From a virus (Duplodnaviria > Caudoviricetes): DNA of 64,000 nucleotides. Shown piece by piece: positions 45,289 to 55,284 of this stretch (positions within the stretch are counted from its first letter, which is position 1; the number at the start of each line of letters is the position of its first letter). Position numbers and translations under genes: made by a program. The notes beneath the pieces are model-generated. The model saw only the letters and a list, made by a program, of their open reading frames with translations. It did no database searches and was not told the DNA's origin. Where the stretch lies: IMG/VR virus record IMGVR_UViG_3300015606_001334, positions 128,001 to 192,000 of that record; one strand, 5' to 3'.

Positions 45289-45564
45289 TTTAGAGTTTCT
45301 TCAGTTTTTCAGATAGATGATAAGCAAGACGTTTGCGAACTTTCTCGCCAACTTCCTCGCGCCATTTTTGAGTTCGCTCGTTAAAGGCGAAAATGGATTC
45401 TTCTTCAGGATTTCTGATAGGCTTTGGAAATTGCTTCCACTCCTCTTCGCGAATCATCGAACCCGCAAATTGGAAAGGGTGGTTAATTCCCATCATCACA
45501 TAAACAGCAGCTTCCGTTTTATTGAATACCGGAATCTGTTTCAATTCATCGCTCATTGCTTTCC

Positions 45565-46227
45565 TTATTTTGGAAACTTCAAACCTGTCTTGATGTTGAT
45601 CTTGTCGATAGTTGTGGAATGGACGCCAGAGGTTTCGTTGTTGTCTGCGTAGAAAGCTTTCGAACTTCCATCCGATAGATAGATAATTTTATAATATCCC
45701 GCCGGAATTGGAACAAGATTTACAATTTTTTCATCACCTTCATAAACTGCACCAGTGACTACATTGATCGGCTTTTTGCCAGCGATAGCCATCTTACGAG
45801 TCAAATGCTCAAGCTTCTTCCATTGGCCGCGATTTAGCTTTGGATCTTGTGGAGTCATGTTCGTCATGAGGTAAGTATCGAACATTTCTTCTGGTGAAGT
45901 TGAATCGTCAGAAGGGACCAAATGACCCTTATCTTTCTGGGTTCCTGCATAAACAGCAGGCTTTACAGGATCTTTTAGTCGCTTATCTGCGTGGAACGAA
46001 TTCTTGCGGGACAAATCATGTCCGCTTGGTTGAAGCAGCTCAGAAGAGAATAGAGCACGTTTGTTATCGTCGTCGTATTGGGTAACGAAGAATGAATTGC
46101 AAAGCTCAACTGCGCCCTTTGGTTGGATGGTTTTACCATTTGGGTAAAATTGCGGACATGAAGCAAAAGCCACTCCACTAATTAGTAGCAGAATGTCCAG
46201 AATGAGAAATTTTTTCAAAATGTTCAT
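45565..46227 (-). CDS. secreted DNA/RNA non-specific endonuclease
   Basis: Signal peptide, DKGHL, MTNMTPQ...LNRG.WK.LE. Confidence 0.9.
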   Translation of the reverse strand: MNILKKFLILDILLLISGVAFASCPQFYPNGKTIQPKGAVELCNSFFVTQYDDDNKRALFSSELLQPSGHDLSRKNSFHADKRLKDPVKPAVYAGTQKDKGHLVPSDDSTSPEEMFDTYLMTNMTPQDPKLNRGQWKKLEHLTRKMAIAGKKPINVVTGAVYEGDEKIVNLVPIPAGYYKIIYLSDGSSKAFYADNNETSGVHSTTIDKINIKTGLKFPK

Positions 46228-46289
46228 AAGTAATCCTAAACAAGAAAAGGAGAGAAACACTCTCTCCTTCTCTTATTTACTTCAGTCGG

Positions 46290-47384
46290 TTAGAGATTAC
46301 CAACCAACTTTTGCACGATGAATGAGTGATCTTCGAACATCATGTTTTCCATTTGCTTGAACTCAGCAAGAGGGACCCATTTGACTCGAGTTACATCACA
46401 TTCAGGATCGGTGTTACCTTGCTGTGAACCCTTGACTTTCGGCAGACCTTCTGGAACGGCATCCAAAGCGAAGTAGAAACCGAAGGTAACGGTACGACCG
46501 CGAAGAGAACGCTCAGGATCGTCGAAGTAATCGCGATTCTTGACTGAACCACGAAGTTTGGCTTCAGGAACCTTGATCTTCGTTTCTTCTTGCAGCTCAC
46601 GGATGACGGCATCGAAGATACGTTCTTTCGGATTCACGAAGCCGCCAGGCAGAGCCCAAAGACCTTCACCAGGCATAGCACCACGACGGACAAGAAGAAT
46701 GTGACCGGCTTGGATTACCACTGCATCAACAGTGATAAAAGTCGGTTCATAAGGAGCGGCTTCCCAAGCGCCCTTATACTTCTTGACATGTTGGTATTCT
46801 GATCGGAAACGGTCAGCTTGATCGCGCTCAGTCGAGAAGAATTCTTCGATCCAGTGCATTGCTGCACGAGGGATGTCATTGCGAATCGATTCAGGAAGAG
46901 CGTGAACGTTCAGGTAACCAGTGGATTCAAACAGGAAGTTGCGAATTTCAGTTGCGTTGATCTTGCCGAATTCTTCGATTTCGACACGTTCCCACTGAGG
47001 GAAAAGGTCAAGGTAGAAGGAGGTGTGATCACGCTTGAAACCGATGATGCCGATCTTTGCATCATCTTTGTCGGTCTTGACGTTGACGACAGCTTGAACT
47101 TCAGACAGCCAAAGTTCATCGTTGTACGGATAGTCGTGGATCGGTACGACCTTGACGCGCTTTTGTGAAATGCCTTCATCCTTGAGAACGGCACGAATCA
47201 TGTTTTCACGTTGTTGTGCAGTCCACGGGTTACGGATGTTATTTGCGCGATTGCTACTGCCAAGAAGAATGAGAACTTCATCAGCTTGGTCGAGAGCGGC
47301 CTTCAGAGTTTGAAGGTGACCGTTGTGAAATGGTTGAAAACGGCCGATGTAGACGATGCTGTCGAACTTGCGAGTCTTAGACAT
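46290..47384 (-). CDS. nadM: bifunctional NMN adenylyltransferase / Nudix ADP-ribose pyrophosphatase
   Basis: IGRFQPFHNGH, NATEIR, ALPGGF...RELQEET. Confidence 0.93.
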   Translation of the reverse strand: MSKTRKFDSIVYIGRFQPFHNGHLQTLKAALDQADEVLILLGSSNRANNIRNPWTAQQRENMIRAVLKDEGISQKRVKVVPIHDYPYNDELWLSEVQAVVNVKTDKDDAKIGIIGFKRDHTSFYLDLFPQWERVEIEEFGKINATEIRNFLFESTGYLNVHALPESIRNDIPRAAMHWIEEFFSTERDQADRFRSEYQHVKKYKGAWEAAPYEPTFITVDAVVIQAGHILLVRRGAMPGEGLWALPGGFVNPKERIFDAVIRELQEETKIKVPEAKLRGSVKNRDYFDDPERSLRGRTVTFGFYFALDAVPEGLPKVKGSQQGNTDPECDVTRVKWVPLAEFKQMENMMFEDHSFIVQKLVGNL

Positions 47385-47471
47385 ATATAGAGCTCCTCTA
47401 TAAATATTGATAAATTGTTGGTCTTTCCAACAGGAATATTTATTGTATCAAGACTTCAAGAGATTGTAAAC

Positions 47472-47864
47472 ATGAAAATCACAGAAATTCACCAAGCAGA
47501 TCTTGCCGAACCAACACATGAGGTTCCACTGTCAAAAGCTGAGCAGCTTGACGAGATCCTTTTGTTCTTCAGAGAGAACCCTTCCGCTGGCCGCAAAGAT
47601 CTTCTAGCTCTAAACAAAGCTCTTGGTGTTTCAGAGGAAGAAGTTGAGAACCTTGAGTTTGAACTTTGCAAAGCCCTATGCTCACGGATTGGCAAGAACG
47701 TCAACCATGGCGATGAAAAGGTAGACGAAGCTGAGCTAGAAAAGGGAGTTCAACACGAGATGGAACATACCAACGATCAGTATATCGCAAGATTGATCGC
47801 TCTTGACCATCTTTACGAAATTCCAGATTACTACACCCAACTAGCTAAGTTTGACAAAGATTAA
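47472..47864 (+). CDS. DUF5661-like protein
   Basis: G..HEMEHT....A..IALDHL.E.PDYYT.L; the only clear plus-strand gene. Confidence 0.7.
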   Translation: MKITEIHQADLAEPTHEVPLSKAEQLDEILLFFRENPSAGRKDLLALNKALGVSEEEVENLEFELCKALCSRIGKNVNHGDEKVDEAELEKGVQHEMEHTNDQYIARLIALDHLYEIPDYYTQLAKFDKD

Positions 47865-48634
47865 AACTTCGCTTGACGCTCAAGGTTAGCATCCACCAAA
47901 GCATCTTGGGCGTCAAAAATATCCCCACCAGATTTTTCAATTTGATCAAGAATATCGCCAGCCCGAGCAAGCGATGAATCTTCATTGCCGGTTCTGTAGG
48001 TGAGTGACTTAATTTTGAAGGTTGGGATCTTCATTAGACTTAGAAGACCCTCTTCAACTGGACTAGCGTTGATCTGAAGGTGCTCAAGTTTTGGTGCTTT
48101 CTTTTGGATGCCAGCTAAGGTCTTAATCCCAGTTGCGCAAGCGGTAATTCTAAGAATCGTTGATGGTAGATAATCCATCTCTTGAAGATTTCTGCAGAAG
48201 CCAATGTTTAGATACTCAGCGTTCTCTGCAATACCTTTTAGCGAAACCAGATTCTTACACTGATCCGCATAATACGTGTTGGTGTATTCCTTATTTGAAG
48301 TGCCAACAAGTTTTGGTCCGCCTTCAAGACTGGTGATATGAGTGTAGCTGCAATTGAACCCTTCACCAACCTCGTCTGGACATCCTTCAAGAGTAGTCAA
48401 AGGAGTATTCTGAATGTGGAATCTTCCAGTCACCTTCTTGAACTTTACAGGCAACTTAGTGAATGACATTTTGGTTAAGTCAACAGATCCTTCTACAGTA
48501 ACTTGAAGGTTGTCGTCGACAGTAAACTCACCATCAATTCTTCGACCCCTTTTCTTTACCCACTCTTGTACCTTTTCTTTAGTGTCAAGGTCAGGAGTTT
48601 TTCTCTCTTCAGAAATTAGATCGGCAATTCTCAT
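47861..48634 (-). CDS. LRR-like (LTSLEG) repeat protein
   Basis: LTTLEGCP / ITSLEGGP / LVSLKG repeats. Confidence 0.8.
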   Translation of the reverse strand: MRIADLISEERKTPDLDTKEKVQEWVKKRGRRIDGEFTVDDNLQVTVEGSVDLTKMSFTKLPVKFKKVTGRFHIQNTPLTTLEGCPDEVGEGFNCSYTHITSLEGGPKLVGTSNKEYTNTYYADQCKNLVSLKGIAENAEYLNIGFCRNLQEMDYLPSTILRITACATGIKTLAGIQKKAPKLEHLQINASPVEEGLLSLMKIPTFKIKSLTYRTGNEDSSLARAGDILDQIEKSGGDIFDAQDALVDANLERQAKF

Positions 48635-49686
48635 TGCTTTGCTGCCTTTTCGTACCCAAGATCTAACAATTCATCTTGTACATCTAGAAGGTCAGCTTGG
48701 TTCTTTATGACCTTATTTAGCAAATCGAAAACGTTCTTTATTTCTTTGTCTTTCAAAAGACGAGTATCTCCATTCTTATCAATTGAGACAGCTTCGTGGC
48801 AAATTTTTGGCAATGACAACAATGGCATTTGAAGAGGATTCACCTTAAAGTAGACGAATCTAATATTGTTACCGCTCATAGTCTTAGCTATCTCTTTAAA
48901 GTTTGGATTCGGAGATTCGATCACAATCGAGAGCAATCCTGACGAGAAGAATTTTTCCAAACCTTTGTACGACTTAATATTCTCTCCGCGAATGATGAGC
49001 TTCCAAATACCTTCAACCCGACCAATATCAACGTTTGGTCCAAGCTCTGGGTTATTTCCAAAATCTAGAACGGTCAAACCAATTTTACCACCAGCCTTGG
49101 CGTTAATCAATACTTGACCTTCATCCATAGAGATATATTTGTCATCTTTTTCTGCGCCTTCCTGATAAATTCTGAATCCTTCAGGGAAGCCAAACTTCTT
49201 CATTCTTTCGTCTACAGCCGCTAGACCACCTGCCTTTTTATCATTCTTACGATCGTATGAATTGATGACAGACTGTAAAGATTTCTTCAAGTTGTCAAAT
49301 AAAACTTCAACGGCCTTTGATGGATCATCAAGTTGAGTTGGCTGAAGAGTCGGAATAGGTGATGCGATAAACATTTTGTTATTGTATCCGCCACGGTTAG
49401 CTCTTCTTGCTTGTCCTGTAGCATAACAAGTTATTTGTGTATTTCCGTCTTCAGATTCAAAATACATGGTAGCTCTCTTTTCTTGTAGAGCTGAAGACTT
49501 ATACACGAACCCAAGACCGACAACCTTCTGATACTCACTTGACTTTTTAGCCTTATTCATCGCAGCAGTAATGTCTGCTAGTTGAATGTCGTTGAGTTTG
49601 ATGAAATCAATAATTGATGACTTGTTCTTTTTCTTGGTCAAGTCATAGTCAATTTTATAGGCTTCTAGTAGATTTTGCAGTTTCAT
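48631..49686 (-). CDS. hypothetical protein sharing C-terminal motif with the LRR proteins
   Basis: DLLDVQDELLDLGYEKAAK. Confidence 0.75.
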   Translation of the reverse strand: MKLQNLLEAYKIDYDLTKKKNKSSIIDFIKLNDIQLADITAAMNKAKKSSEYQKVVGLGFVYKSSALQEKRATMYFESEDGNTQITCYATGQARRANRGGYNNKMFIASPIPTLQPTQLDDPSKAVEVLFDNLKKSLQSVINSYDRKNDKKAGGLAAVDERMKKFGFPEGFRIYQEGAEKDDKYISMDEGQVLINAKAGGKIGLTVLDFGNNPELGPNVDIGRVEGIWKLIIRGENIKSYKGLEKFFSSGLLSIVIESPNPNFKEIAKTMSGNNIRFVYFKVNPLQMPLLSLPKICHEAVSIDKNGDTRLLKDKEIKNVFDLLNKVIKNQADLLDVQDELLDLGYEKAAKQ

Positions 49687-49721
49687 GGTGGTTAACCTGT
49701 AGGTATTCTTGTCTTATTTAC

Positions 49722-50489
49722 TTAAAGCTTAGCAAACTCTTTAAAACCGTCAGCATAAAGCTCTTCTTGACAGTCGTACATCGCATCTTCATTTGGATTA
49801 GAATTCATCAAATGATTATTGATGATAGTCCATGGACCATATTGAGCATACGATTTAGAAATGTTTCCTATGCCAGCCTTAACTTGGCTAATCCCTGGAA
49901 TAAGGAAAATCCCAAGAACTGCCTCTTCTAGGAAGCATTCACCTTCAGGGCCAATCATAATCGTTCCGCCTAAAACGTCTTTATTGACGATATTTGCGGT
50001 GTAGTTAAACTTCTTGATGTACTTGTGGATGTTATGGAGAGACTTTAGACCTCTACATCTTCGAATGTTTAGAGCACCAAGTTCTTCAGAGATTCCTTCA
50101 AGAGAAGTAAGCCTATCACAAGCGCCTATGAATAGTGATCCGCCAACAATTTTCGGACAGCCTTTCAAGGAAGTAATGTCATTCCCCTTTAGGTTCAAGT
50201 TACCTTCAACCTCGTCAGGGAAATTTTCAAGTGTCTTAAGCTTTGAGTCGTTCACAATGAAATTATTGGTGACCTTCCCAAATTTGAATGGTAGTTTATC
50301 CATCTTTAATCCATGGAAATCTACCATTGCGTCGATATCGACAGCACCGTCATTTCTGAAAGTCACATAATTTCTGCTAATGTCAAGCTTCTTCTCAATG
50401 AAGTCGATAATCTCTTCTTCAGTCTTGAGTTCTTTATTGAAGACTGGAGCCGAAGCCCCAGTCTCATTTATTAGTCCACTTAGTTTCAT
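49722..50489 (-). CDS. LRR-like repeat protein
   Basis: LKTLENFP / ITSLKGCP / LTSLEG. Confidence 0.8.
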   Translation of the reverse strand: MKLSGLINETGASAPVFNKELKTEEEIIDFIEKKLDISRNYVTFRNDGAVDIDAMVDFHGLKMDKLPFKFGKVTNNFIVNDSKLKTLENFPDEVEGNLNLKGNDITSLKGCPKIVGGSLFIGACDRLTSLEGISEELGALNIRRCRGLKSLHNIHKYIKKFNYTANIVNKDVLGGTIMIGPEGECFLEEAVLGIFLIPGISQVKAGIGNISKSYAQYGPWTIINNHLMNSNPNEDAMYDCQEELYADGFKEFAKL

Positions 50490-50490
50490 A

Positions 50491-52350
50491 TCATTCGAAG
50501 TATGTGACGTTCTTTGCTACTTGTTTCAATTGCTTACACATCGCTTCAAATGTGCGACGGGAATCAAGGATGACGAAGATGTTACGATTTTCAGTAATAA
50601 GCTTCTTGATGTTTTCAAAGTTTTCACCATAAAGAATATCCGAGTCGGACATGATCAATAGGTTAAACTTCTTATGCGCAAGTTGTTCAGCTTCATGAGT
50701 AAGCTGATCGCTGAAATTCGTTGACGATCCAATGTGCTTAGAGAACAGTTCCTTCACACTTCCAGTCTTTTCTTCCTTGGACTTGTCAAATACTGAGCTT
50801 AGCTCCTTGTATTTGTTTTGAACAAAGTTACACTTGTAAATGTGGTGATTAGAGGAGAACTTAATTAGGAAGAACTCGCTCTTGCGGACGTTCGCTTTGC
50901 TCTTCATTAGGTTATGAAGGTTAGCGTAAACCTGATCGATCACGGAGGTCATAGAGCCAGATGAGTCGACGATGAATCCCATCTTAATGTCGCTATCAAG
51001 TGTGATCTCACCTGGCTTCATAGCAGCAGCGCCGGTCTGTCGAGCCAAGTCGACACCAGTGATGTTACGTCTATGCGGCTTCTGGAATGTCTCATCAACG
51101 TTATTGCTGGCGTCAGTGATCATCTTAGACAAGAGCTTTTTCCAAGTAAAGGTTGGCTTGATCTTGGAATAGTCGAAGGTTGTTCCTTCACCGTCTCTGC
51201 CACCGCTTCGGCCGCCACGACCACTACCTTGGCCTGCTGAAGAGGACTTCTTGTCATCCTTTGGTGCGTCTTCTTCCTTATCGATTTCCTTACCGCCAGA
51301 AATCTTCTTCTCGATGTCTTTGTTGTTCTTATCTAGTTCGTCAAAGACGTCATCGCCGTCACCCTCAGACGATTTATTTTTGTCGTCATTTTGGTCTCCA
51401 TCACCCTTCTGAGGTTTTCCGCCGCCTTCACCTGGTTCACCAGGCTCGCCTTGATCGTGATTGTCACCAAGGCCGTCCATCATGTTCTCGACCTTTTCTT
51501 GTTGGTCTTTGTTTAGCTTTTCGAACTCTGCCTTGACGATGTCGTACATTTCTTTGTAGGACTTCTGTCTGTCATAGTTGACGTGATCGCTGAAAAGACC
51601 GATAGGAAGCTGTTCAAAGCCACTCTTAACAAGAAGATAATTCGTTCTGAAGTCGCCAACCCAATTGATAATCTTTGGGTTTGCCTTAAGCTTTTTCTGG
51701 TAATGGAAGTCAGCATAAGTATAATGCATGAACTCGTGAATGATCAAGAATTCAATGTAAGCATACTCATCTGGAATTTCACCGCCATTGCTGGCATACT
51801 TCTTGCCCTTCGGAGTTATTCCTTTGAGGTGAGCGTAGTCAATTAGCTTCTGCATGAATGGTTTGCAGAAGATAAATTCGCCAGTCGGTGTAGCCGCAGC
51901 AGTGTCCACATCATTGAACTTCTGATGTTCAGGCTTAGTAGACGGAACTAAGATGATGACTGGATTGTAGAGATACTTGTGATCAATGAAGTTGCGAAGC
52001 GGGAAGAACTGATCATGCTCGATCTTAATGAAGCGGAGAAGCTTTGAGAAGATCTTCACGTCAAAGCGTGGTGCCTTATCAGCAATCTTATGCTTCTCGA
52101 TCAGGTTAAAGATTTCCTGCTCGACGATATTCTTCTTAATGGTATCGTAAAGGATCGGAGACTTCTTAGCGATGTCATCAAATTCTTTGATTCGATCTTC
52201 GACCGCCTTAATGAGTTCTTCCTTCTTTACGCCATACTTGTTGACTATTTCGTCGATGATCTTTTTGACGTGAGGATCATCGAGGGAGGTCGCTGAGAAC
52301 TTGACCTCCCCGAATTCTCTACGTTTGTTGTCAAACGCTTCGTTAATCAT
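50491..52350 (-). CDS. metallopeptidase-like + vWA protein (DUF2201-type)
   Basis: TAAAT, HEFMH, acidic linker, VDSSGSM. Confidence 0.85.
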   Translation of the reverse strand: MINEAFDNKRREFGEVKFSATSLDDPHVKKIIDEIVNKYGVKKEELIKAVEDRIKEFDDIAKKSPILYDTIKKNIVEQEIFNLIEKHKIADKAPRFDVKIFSKLLRFIKIEHDQFFPLRNFIDHKYLYNPVIILVPSTKPEHQKFNDVDTAAATPTGEFIFCKPFMQKLIDYAHLKGITPKGKKYASNGGEIPDEYAYIEFLIIHEFMHYTYADFHYQKKLKANPKIINWVGDFRTNYLLVKSGFEQLPIGLFSDHVNYDRQKSYKEMYDIVKAEFEKLNKDQQEKVENMMDGLGDNHDQGEPGEPGEGGGKPQKGDGDQNDDKNKSSEGDGDDVFDELDKNNKDIEKKISGGKEIDKEEDAPKDDKKSSSAGQGSGRGGRSGGRDGEGTTFDYSKIKPTFTWKKLLSKMITDASNNVDETFQKPHRRNITGVDLARQTGAAAMKPGEITLDSDIKMGFIVDSSGSMTSVIDQVYANLHNLMKSKANVRKSEFFLIKFSSNHHIYKCNFVQNKYKELSSVFDKSKEEKTGSVKELFSKHIGSSTNFSDQLTHEAEQLAHKKFNLLIMSDSDILYGENFENIKKLITENRNIFVILDSRRTFEAMCKQLKQVAKNVTYFE

Positions 52351-54926
52351 TACTTGATGCCCTTAATAAATTGAGCAATGCTGATGTTGAACTCTAGTAG
52401 CTCATCCATGTAGTCAGCGCCATGCTTGTCCTTGATGTGACGTAGCGCTTCACGGACAGCGAGGCGGATAATTTCACGGTGATCGTTAGATAGCTTATGG
52501 ATTTCGATAGCGTTGACCATTTCGCGGATCAAGTGTTCGAACTTAGACACTTCTTGATTTTCGAATTCGATCTGATCGTTCTTGACAACCTTACCCTTAT
52601 GCTTCTTCTCAATTAGCTTGTCCTTGACATCTTCGTCCTTTTCAAACTGAGCTAGCAAGAAGCCAGCTAGTTCTTCCTTGAACTTCTGAGGATCATGGTT
52701 TTCAATGAAGCTTACGAAGTCCATATCATCTGCTAGGTGTGCATCATCGCTTGGGTTCTGGAAGAACGAGCCAAGGATGGAGCCGACGTCGACAGTCTTA
52801 GCCTTCTTGTAGTACAAACCTTCACCGAAATCAATCTCACTAGAATGTAGGAACCAGTCCTTCAAGTCATGCAAGAACTCAGGAGATTGAACCTGTTGCT
52901 TGGTGAAGATGTTGGATAGCTTATGCTTGAACGAGTCGTACAGGCCGGTGCGTAGCTTAGATTCGGTCTCAGCGATCTCGTCGTTGGTCATGTCAGCGAC
53001 GTTCTTGCGCTTCAATAGACGATTGAACTTTTGATCGAAGTCGATGACTGCGTTGCCATAAAGGTCAGAGTACTCACGAGGAGAAATGTAGACTGGTTGA
53101 GCGCCGATATCTAGGTAGAACGGCTTCTGAGCATTCTTGATCTGGCTAGAAGAGGTCTTCACACGGAACTTGTCAGAGAACTTCATCAACACGTCGTACA
53201 CAACTTCCTTAGACTTCTCGTTCTTTAGAGAAGTGAATGGCATGTTCTGTAGGTACTTCTTGGTCTTTTCGAAGTCTGCTTTAGAGTCGATAACATCAAC
53301 AACGTCACGCATGTGGTGGGTCAAAGGTTCAGCACCGTGGTCAGAAGGGTTAATTGCTGAGATGATGACAGAGCCCTTTGGTAGATCATAGCCGCCACCG
53401 AAAGACTTTTCTAGTAGAACACGACGAATACCGTTGAAGACCTTTGCGGAGTTACGGTTCAATTCGTCGAAGAAGATTAGGTACTTCCACTCTTTGTCTT
53501 GATATTCCTTGATTGCCTTCTTAGCTTCATCACCCTTTAGGGAGTGCTTCAAGAATTCAATATGGTCAGCATCTGCTTGCTTCGCATCATTAAGGATCTG
53601 GTGGTAAAGAGTTGGTTCAGAGAACTGAGTTTCGATATTCTTCTTCTGTTTACCATTGCCCTTTGGAAGTGGTAGACCGACGACGTCTTCTGGATTCAAG
53701 TTAGAACAGTCGACGTAGATATAGCGTAGGTCTAGATCCTTAGCGATCTCGACAGCGTGAGTGGTCTTACCGATACCTGGAGCGCCAGATACGATTGGGA
53801 TGTACTTACGATGTTCACCAAGCTTCATCTTCTGCTTGATCTGATGCTCAAGGGTATCTTGCCATTCTTCTTCGGAGTTTTCCTCAGTTGAAGAGATATC
53901 GATATCAGAAGTTTCTTTGATTAGTTGAGAGACTGCGTCTAGCACTTTAGCTGCTAGGACAGACTTTTCACCGGTCAAATAGTTCTTGAAGTTCGCTTTG
54001 ATGTTGGTGAGAAGGCTCTTTGCTTCTTTTTCGTTCTCTACAGGTAGCGAGCTGTTGATGTAAAGAAGGATTTGTTCCCAACGACGTGGAGAGGTACGAA
54101 CCTCATGATTGACGTCGTCATGGTTAAGCTCTTCCTCTTCTAGGAGGTCATAGAACTTCTGAATGATCTTTGGATTTAGCTTGACCTTCTCATCTTTTTC
54201 GAACTTAGCTAGTAACCAAGAGAACCATTCGTCCTTGTTTGGTGCTTCAAAGTCGATTTGCTGGAAGTCATTGTTTGCTGGGATTTCGCCTACGCCCTCG
54301 TCATTCATGTTAGATGCGTAGATAACGAAAGCACCTGGAGGAATGTCGTGAGAACCGATCTTTCCGTTTAGGATGCCACGTAGCATGTTGCGGATCTTAG
54401 TAGAGGTCTGACGATAGTATTCGTCAAGGAACAAGATCACATTGCGGTGGTCACGGGCTTCACTGATAACTTCTGGGATTGTATCCTTATCGCCACCTAG
54501 TTCTTCAAACACCTTGATCACGTCAGCACTTGAACGATAGATGTTCTGAAGGTACTGCTTGTCAGTAATCTTTTTGGTCGCCTTTAGGCTACTGAACAAA
54601 TGGGAGTCTGATAGAACAACCTTGAAATCGCTAACTTCGAATTCAGTTTCACCTGGCTTTTCAGACTTGGTGACTGGGTCGTAAACGATAAATGGGATAT
54701 TGATGATGTGTTCTTCAGTGATGTGTGGAGCTTCAATGGTGATAAGCTCTAGACCGACCAAAGTGGAGAAGAATCTGATGAAGGAGGTTTTACCTACACC
54801 AGGATCGCCTGCCAAAAGGATGCCGGATTTGCTCACTGATTGTTGTTGGCCCTTCATGTTGGCCAAAATTCGTTCAGATATGTCAATACGCTGATCGAAT
54901 GAGCTTGAGGATGCGTTGATGTCCAT
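52350..54926 (-). CDS. tandem MoxR-type AAA+ ATPase
   Basis: GDPGVGKT/LFLDE and GAPGIGKT/FFDELNR; SPR sensor motif twice. Confidence 0.88.
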   Translation of the reverse strand: MDINASSSSFDQRIDISERILANMKGQQQSVSKSGILLAGDPGVGKTSFIRFFSTLVGLELITIEAPHITEEHIINIPFIVYDPVTKSEKPGETEFEVSDFKVVLSDSHLFSSLKATKKITDKQYLQNIYRSSADVIKVFEELGGDKDTIPEVISEARDHRNVILFLDEYYRQTSTKIRNMLRGILNGKIGSHDIPPGAFVIYASNMNDEGVGEIPANNDFQQIDFEAPNKDEWFSWLLAKFEKDEKVKLNPKIIQKFYDLLEEEELNHDDVNHEVRTSPRRWEQILLYINSSLPVENEKEAKSLLTNIKANFKNYLTGEKSVLAAKVLDAVSQLIKETSDIDISSTEENSEEEWQDTLEHQIKQKMKLGEHRKYIPIVSGAPGIGKTTHAVEIAKDLDLRYIYVDCSNLNPEDVVGLPLPKGNGKQKKNIETQFSEPTLYHQILNDAKQADADHIEFLKHSLKGDEAKKAIKEYQDKEWKYLIFFDELNRNSAKVFNGIRRVLLEKSFGGGYDLPKGSVIISAINPSDHGAEPLTHHMRDVVDVIDSKADFEKTKKYLQNMPFTSLKNEKSKEVVYDVLMKFSDKFRVKTSSSQIKNAQKPFYLDIGAQPVYISPREYSDLYGNAVIDFDQKFNRLLKRKNVADMTNDEIAETESKLRTGLYDSFKHKLSNIFTKQQVQSPEFLHDLKDWFLHSSEIDFGEGLYYKKAKTVDVGSILGSFFQNPSDDAHLADDMDFVSFIENHDPQKFKEELAGFLLAQFEKDEDVKDKLIEKKHKGKVVKNDQIEFENQEVSKFEHLIREMVNAIEIHKLSNDHREIIRLAVREALRHIKDKHGADYMDELLEFNISIAQFIKGIK

Positions 54927-54935
54927 TATTCTACC

Positions 54936-55169
54936 TTAGTCGAAATTTACGATTTTCTTGAAAGCCTTTGGGTTACGCTTCTTTAGCTGCTTAAGGATAA
55001 AGCGATAGTCAGCATGCTCGCTGTCATTAGCCCCAAACATAGGTAGAATCATTTCGATTTCAGGATCGTTGTCTAGCTCGACTACAGCCCCTTTTGATTC
55101 TAATACAACGTCGTCAGATTGTAAACGTTCTTGTTCTTTGATTTTTTGATCTAGTATCTGCTTAAGCAT
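54936..55169 (-). CDS. hypothetical protein
   Basis: First ORF of the late operon. Confidence 0.6.
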   Translation of the reverse strand: MLKQILDQKIKEQERLQSDDVVLESKGAVVELDNDPEIEMILPMFGANDSEHADYRFILKQLKKRNPKAFKKIVNFD

Positions 55170-55242
55170 GTGGGTCCCCAAATGGTTGATCATGTATTTA
55201 TGAATGAAGTATTTATTCGAATCAAAGGGACCACGCAATAAA

Positions 55243-55265
55243 AAAGAGGCCCGAAGGCCTCTTTT
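55243..55265. terminator. intrinsic terminator
   Basis: AAAAGAGGCC-GAA-GGCCTCTTTT. Confidence 0.8.
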
Positions 55266-55284
55266 CAACATCAGGGAATTGATG

